A stretch of DNA of 11,367 nt, from contig JBBQPO010000205.1 of assembly GCA_038217285.1 (NCBI GenBank), positions 1-11,367 of the forward strand. Reading direction: 5' to 3'. The position numbers were made by a program, and so were the translations under genes. This document shows positions 7,400 through 11,367 of this stretch, one piece after another. Position 1 is the stretch's first letter. Every line of letters starts with the position of its first letter. The notes below the pieces were generated by a model that saw nothing but the letters and a program-made list of their open reading frames with translations, had not been told where the DNA came from and did no database searches. The stretch comes from Chthonomonadales bacterium (GTDB lineage: Bacteria > Armatimonadota > Chthonomonadetes > Chthonomonadales > Chthonomonadaceae).

Positions 7400-8741
7400 A
7401 CCGTAAGGATACCAGAACTGCCGCCAAAATGCCAATGAATGCGGTAAAACGCCCTGCAAAACGACCCTGCGCCTCTGCAATCGGACGCGCGAGCCGGACG
7501 CCGGAGGTCGCGATCAGGGGGGTAGAGGCGACCTGCCTGCCTCCGACGTCAAGCACCTCCATCGAGCCGATGCTGCTGCCCTCCACGACGGGAGCGACCG
7601 TCGGGGGCAGCGTGATGTGGCGGGAGAACGTCGCCGGCTCTCCCCGGCGCGAAACGAACTGCATCGCTCTGGGAATGGCAACCGTAACCGTCGGAAGCGC
7701 TCCGTTCTGCACAAGGCACTGTCCGGCCACTTCACCCGCCCGGGCGACTTCATGGGGCTCGAAGTTGGTGAAACCGAAGTTCATCATCTCCGCCGTCTCG
7801 TGAACATAGTTGGGACTCTTCAGGACGACGGAGATCAGTTGCCAGCCGTTGCGGGTGGCGGAGCCAACGTAGCAGTGGCCTGCCGGTATGGTCCATCCGG
7901 TTTTGATACCGTCTGCGCCTTCGTAGTGCCCGAGGAAATGGGAGTGATTGCGCATCGTAACGTCGCGGGTGTTCATGGAGCGCACGATCTTGCATTTTTC
8001 CATGCGCACCACGTCCCGGATGCGTTCTTCCTGCATGGCAGCGCGGGCGATCAGGGCGAGGTCACGCGCGGACGTGTAGTGCTGCGGGTTTTGCAGGCCG
8101 TGCGGATTCATAAAGTGCGTATTGGTTGCGCCGAGCTGAATGGCCTTCTGGTTCATCTTGTCGACGAAGGCGGCCTCGCTGCCGGCGACGTACTCGGCCG
8201 CCGCCACGCAGCCGTCGTTGGCAGAGCGCATCAAAAGGGCGCAGAGCATATCGTTCGAAGTCAGCTTCTCGCCCGGTTTTAGATGCAGGGAGCTCTCTTT
8301 GACCTGGCAGGCCTTCGGACTGGCGGTGATGATTTCACCGGGCTTCACGCTCTCACAGAAGAGCAGGGCGGTCATGATTTTGGTCGTGCTTGCCATCGGT
8401 CGCCGTGCATCGGCGTTCTTCGCGTAGAGCACCTGTCCGCTCACGGCGTCCACAAGGATCGCGCTGACCGCGTTGATGTCGGGAGGCTGCACCGGAGGGA
8501 GGGCTAAAGTTGCATCGGGCGGCGGAGTGACGATGCCCGGTCTCGGCGGAATAGGGGTCGGCGGCGTGACTACCAACGGCGGCGCGGCCGAGGGCGGCGG
8601 AGAGACGTTGTTGCTGGGTGCGGAATGCGAGCGCAGGGCAACTCCCACACCACCGACGACCAGGGCGCATGGCAAGGCGCGCCACAACAGACGGCGGAGA
8701 CGGGTCGAACGGCGACTGGAAATAACGTTCGGTAAAGCGAT
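7296..8741 (-). CDS. D-alanyl-D-alanine carboxypeptidase, peptidase S11 (DacA/PBP5-like, resembling Bacillus DacB/DacF)
   Basis: SxxK (ASTTK), SxN (SAND), HFMNPHGL, KTG (IKTGWT), a C-terminal PBP5-like domain and a C-terminal TM helix. The start is uncertain: ATC 8741 has a strong SD, whereas TTG 8687 (ORF track) has none. Confidence 0.93.
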   Translation of the reverse strand: MALPNVISSRRSTRLRRLLWRALPCALVVGGVGVALRSHSAPSNNVSPPPSAAPPLVVTPPTPIPPRPGIVTPPPDATLALPPVQPPDINAVSAILVDAVSGQVLYAKNADARRPMASTTKIMTALLFCESVKPGEIITASPKACQVKESSLHLKPGEKLTSNDMLCALLMRSANDGCVAAAEYVAGSEAAFVDKMNQKAIQLGATNTHFMNPHGLQNPQHYTSARDLALIARAAMQEERIRDVVRMEKCKIVRSMNTRDVTMRNHSHFLGHYEGADGIKTGWTIPAGHCYVGSATRNGWQLISVVLKSPNYVHETAEMMNFGFTNFEPHEVARAGEVAGQCLVQNGALPTVTVAIPRAMQFVSRRGEPATFSRHITLPPTVAPVVEGSSIGSMEVLDVGGRQVASTPLIATSGVRLARPIAEAQGRFAGRFTAFIGILAAVLVSLRYGTRQKTRFTTFTKGPRRRRRRLAPSLRDDDYGG

Positions 8742-8779
8742 GTCGGCGACCTCCCGGAACGGAAAGGATGGAATAGAAT

Positions 8780-8809
8780 AGTGTAGCAGGTAAAACCGTC
8801 GGCAGGCAA
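8780..8809 (-). promoter_or_regulatory. Putative sigma70 promoter for the dac-rluB-transporter operon
   Basis: Minus strand TTGCCT-N18-TACACT with TG extension (TGCTACACT), about 25 nt upstream of the GGGAGGT SD. Confidence 0.6.
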
Positions 8810-8901
8810 CCGTTTCGACATCCGGGATTCAAGTTCCTCCCCGTTCGGCCCCTTTTTCGGTGCGACATTGAAATCCCGGCAAAAAAGGGGGAAGCGATCC
8901 T

Positions 8902-8930
8902 GTGAAAATGCCCCGATTCTGGGGTATACT
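8902..8930 (+). promoter_or_regulatory. Putative sigma70 promoter for rpsU
   Basis: GTGAAA-N17-TATACT, predicting a start site near 8936-8938. Confidence 0.6.
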
Positions 8931-9010
8931 GTACACAAGTAGATTGTGCCGTTGGTGCGGTGTAGTCTGCTCCATTCATTGTAGGAGCAATCAGGAAAGG
9001 AACGATCCAT

Positions 9011-9220
9011 TTGGCACAAGTGACTGTCAAGCCGGGTGAAAGTATCGAAACGGCGCTGCGACGTTTCAAGAAGATGACGATGGAGAGCGGTATTCTCAAA
9101 GAGGCCCGCGCGCACGAGCATTACGAGAAGCCCAGCGACAAGCGACGCCGCGAAGCGGCGGCACGGCTCCGGAAAATTGCCAAGGCCAAACGTCAGGCAG
9201 AGAGCCGCGAAGCTCGTTAG
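9011..9220 (+). CDS. rpsU: 30S ribosomal protein bS21
   Basis: V.VKPGESIETALRRFKK...GILKEAR.HEHYEKPS.KRR matches bS21. TTG start with SD AGGAAAGG. Confidence 0.97.
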   Translation: MAQVTVKPGESIETALRRFKKMTMESGILKEARAHEHYEKPSDKRRREAAARLRKIAKAKRQAESREAR

Positions 9221-9249
9221 GCTTCCCGTCCCCTGAAAAGGTCCTATGA

Positions 9250-9289
9250 AATCAGAGGCTCCGTAGAATTTTCCACGGAGCCTCTGATT
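9250..9289. terminator. Probable bidirectional terminator hairpin between convergent rpsU and LCP genes
   Basis: Perfect 15-bp inverted repeat AATCAGAGGCTCCGT / ACGGAGCCTCTGATT around a 10-nt loop. U-tracts are short on both strands. Confidence 0.7.
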
Positions 9290-9322
9290 GCGTCTATTCT
9301 GGGCCCTGATCCCTGTCTAATA

Positions 9323-10750
9323 TCACGTAAGCGGCAGAAGCGCCCGTTGGCCGCCTGCCGAGACAGGGTCTTTGGTCGGGGGCGGGTCTTTGCCTTTGTC
9401 GCCCGGATCGGTCGTTTTCTTTTCCGGAGCCGCAGGTCCACTGTCCGGCTTGGAAACGGGTCCGGGACTGTCGGGTTTGTCAGGTTTGTCGCTGCTGCTC
9501 TTCGAAGGAGCGTCACTGTTATCCGGGCCGGTCGGTGTCTCGTCGAGGGGAATATCGCTGTCGGGTAAGACAGGGGAGACGTCGTGGGGACGGAGGCGCG
9601 ATCCCCGCCGCCGGGATCCCCGATGATTCATCGCGTAGACCGCCTCTTTGTCCGGGGCCGTGATATTGACCGCTTCCTCGTTGCCGCCAAAGAAGATCTC
9701 CGCGACCATCTTGCGCGTCGGCTTCCGGTTGACCGTCACGTAGCTCGGGCCTTCGATGCTCGGCACCGTCACCAGGGTGATGTTTTTCGGCGGCAACGAC
9801 TTCGACCAGTTCGCCAGCGTAATCAACTGCTCGGTGGTGAGATTGGTATGCAGGTTGTCCGTGATGTTCTCCAGCACATTGGCCCCATTCAGAAGCATCG
9901 CCGGGGTGCGGATCTGACTGCGCAGTGCCTCCAGGAACTCGTGCTGCCGCTCGGCCCGCATCAGATCGCTGTCGGAGTGCCGAATACGCACGTATCCCAT
10001 CGCCTTATAGCCGTCGAGATGCTGTAAGCCGGGCTTCAGGTGGATATGCAGCAGCGCCCAGTTATCGTCGTAGTCCAGGGGCTTCTTGACGTTGATATCC
10101 ACGCCGCCCACGGTATCGACGATCTGCTGAAAGGCCTCGAAGTGCAGAGTGACATACGCGTCCGTATCGATGCCGAAAGCATCTTTGATCGTCGCTTGCG
10201 TAAGCTCAGGGCCACCGAACTGATGGGCGGCATTGATCTTGTGCGTACTATGACCGGGGACATGAACGGCGGTATCGCGAGGAATGGTCATCACACTGAC
10301 CGTCTGCTTATCGAAATCGAAATGGGCGATGAGGATCGCGTCGCTGCGACCGTTGGTATTCATCAGGGGAACCGGAACCGCGATGCCGTTGATCCGTTTA
10401 CCGACATAGTCTCTATCACAACCGAGGATCAACAGATTCAGCGTGTGCGGGTGATCGGGAAGGTATTTTGCGGGAGTGTAGGAAGCGAGGGGATTACCGC
10501 GGAACCAGTCCCCGGCGGAGGTACCGCTGAAGATCTTCCGGACCGCGGGATTATGCCAGTACTTCCCGAAGACCGCTCCTCCGGCGACAAGCGCCAGACA
10601 GAAGCCAGCGGCAAACATCCATTTCATCACCCGCCAAAATCTTTTCGGTTTCGCGCGACGCCGCGACACAGGCGCGTTTGGAACCGAAGACATTCCGCCA
10701 GAACCGGTTACGCCGGAATACTGCGCGCCCGGTTGCTCTGAATCGTTCAC
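9323..10750 (-). CDS. LCP (LytR-CpsA-Psr) family glycopolymer transferase with disordered C-terminal tail
   Basis: Basic N-region plus one TM helix, then NLLILGCD, GRSDAIL, IPRDT, KINAA, VDTVGGVDI, GLQHLDG..A..YVRIRH.DSD..RAERQ. GTG start with SD AAAGGAG. Confidence 0.95.
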   Translation of the reverse strand: MNDSEQPGAQYSGVTGSGGMSSVPNAPVSRRRAKPKRFWRVMKWMFAAGFCLALVAGGAVFGKYWHNPAVRKIFSGTSAGDWFRGNPLASYTPAKYLPDHPHTLNLLILGCDRDYVGKRINGIAVPVPLMNTNGRSDAILIAHFDFDKQTVSVMTIPRDTAVHVPGHSTHKINAAHQFGGPELTQATIKDAFGIDTDAYVTLHFEAFQQIVDTVGGVDINVKKPLDYDDNWALLHIHLKPGLQHLDGYKAMGYVRIRHSDSDLMRAERQHEFLEALRSQIRTPAMLLNGANVLENITDNLHTNLTTEQLITLANWSKSLPPKNITLVTVPSIEGPSYVTVNRKPTRKMVAEIFFGGNEEAVNITAPDKEAVYAMNHRGSRRRGSRLRPHDVSPVLPDSDIPLDETPTGPDNSDAPSKSSSDKPDKPDSPGPVSKPDSGPAAPEKKTTDPGDKGKDPPPTKDPVSAGGQRALLPLT

Positions 10751-10834
10751 CGCTCTCTCCTTTGCCTGCCGCCGTTCATTTAAGCGCGCTGAAAATCCCT
10801 TGCGCTCACCGACAGCGTGAGCGCTTCCGGATAT

Positions 10835-10864
10835 ACTATATCATCGGTTTTCGTCTGCTGTCAA
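10835..10864 (-). promoter_or_regulatory. Putative sigma70 promoter for the LCP gene
   Basis: Minus strand TTGACA-N18-TATAGT with TG extension (TGATATAGT). Confidence 0.7.
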
Positions 10865-10962
10865 GCGTCCTGAGTCCTCACATGGCTCCTGAAGCGAGCG
10901 GGAAGAACCCCTTTAAGCGTTGGACGGAACCCGGTTCTCGCTGAAAACGCCCTTTATGCGGA

Positions 10963-10991
10963 TTGACAACTCTTCGGAACGGGCCTATAAT
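10963..10991 (+). promoter_or_regulatory. Perfect-consensus sigma70 promoter for the sulfatase-like gene
   Basis: TTGACA (10963-10968), 17-nt spacer, TATAAT (10986-10991). Confidence 0.88.
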
Positions 10992-11000
10992 GAGTGCACC

Positions 11001-11367
11001 ATGAACATCGTTTTCATTGTCATCGACACGCTGAGGGCCAGTCGAATCGGCTGTTATGGCTACCCGAAACCGACCAGTCCCACTCTAGACCGTCTGGCGG
11101 CGGAAGGAGCACGATTTGCTCGTTGTTTCGCGCCCGGTATCCCCACCACGCCCGCCCATACCACGATGTTTACCGGCCTGCACCCGTTGACGCATAATAT
11201 CGTCTGTCACGGCGGACAGGTCGACCTCGACCGCAAAATCCCGGTGCTGGGCGAACTGCTTCAGAACGCCGGATATACCACGGCGGCCGTGGACAACCTG
11301 TTCGACATGAAGAACTGGCTGGCACGTGGGTACGAATTCTATATCAATCCCTCTTATCGGCATAAGT
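11001..11367 (+). CDS. Sulfatase-like hydrolase/transferase (alkaline phosphatase superfamily), N-terminal 122 aa, truncated by the window edge
   Basis: Hand translation: MNIVFIVIDTLRASRIGCYGYPKPTSPTLDRLAAEGARFARCFAPGIPTTPAHTTMFTGLHP...LGELLQNAGYTTAAV. This is a sulfatase-family N-terminus. It is absent from the ORF track. Confidence 0.92.
   Translation, partial: MNIVFIVIDTLRASRIGCYGYPKPTSPTLDRLAAEGARFARCFAPGIPTTPAHTTMFTGLHPLTHNIVCHGGQVDLDRKIPVLGELLQNAGYTTAAVDNLFDMKNWLARGYEFYINPSYRHK

Noticed and set aside
8688..8720. Twin-arginine (Tat) signal in the extended carboxypeptidase N-terminus
   Set aside because: SRRSTRL lacks the hydrophobic residues of S/T-R-R-x-F-L-K. It is better read as a generic basic n-region.
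9250..9289. Hairpin as a MITE or REP element
   Set aside because: Single copy in the window with no target duplication. Its position between convergent genes fits a terminator.
10927..10937. GAAC-CCG-GTTC as a Gram-positive-type LexA box
   Set aside because: The spacer is 3 nt rather than 4 and the flanking genes are not SOS genes.
1..11367. CRISPR array, tRNA/rRNA, transposase, defence or phage genes
   Set aside because: No regular repeat-spacer pattern or relevant motifs. Almost all of the sequence is explained by the CDSs listed.

Overview
GC-rich bacterial chromosomal window of mostly housekeeping and envelope genes, with no mobile element, CRISPR array, rRNA or tRNA. Left to right: (1) a large HEAT-repeat protein on the minus strand that runs off the left edge and is missing from the ORF track; (2) a plus-strand Gfo/Idh/MocA oxidoreductase, alkyltransferase-like (ATL) protein and hypothetical protein; (3) a convergent minus-strand overlapping four-gene operon of D-Ala-D-Ala carboxypeptidase (S11), rluB, a BtuF-like binding protein and a FecCD/BtuC permease with no ATPase; (4) rpsU with a structured leader; (5) a long hairpin terminator; (6) an LCP-family protein; (7) a sulfatase-fold enzyme with Thr at the catalytic position that runs off the right edge. 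Best leads: a likely ATC start codon for the carboxypeptidase, a beta-clamp-like QSSLF motif on the ATL protein, a G-U-rich rpsU leader hairpin, a repeated TLLR motif on the HEAT protein, and a perfect sigma70 promoter giving a nearly leaderless mRNA. An Armatimonadota-like origin is a guess from memory of protein style and is not demonstrated. I see no clear large novel system.
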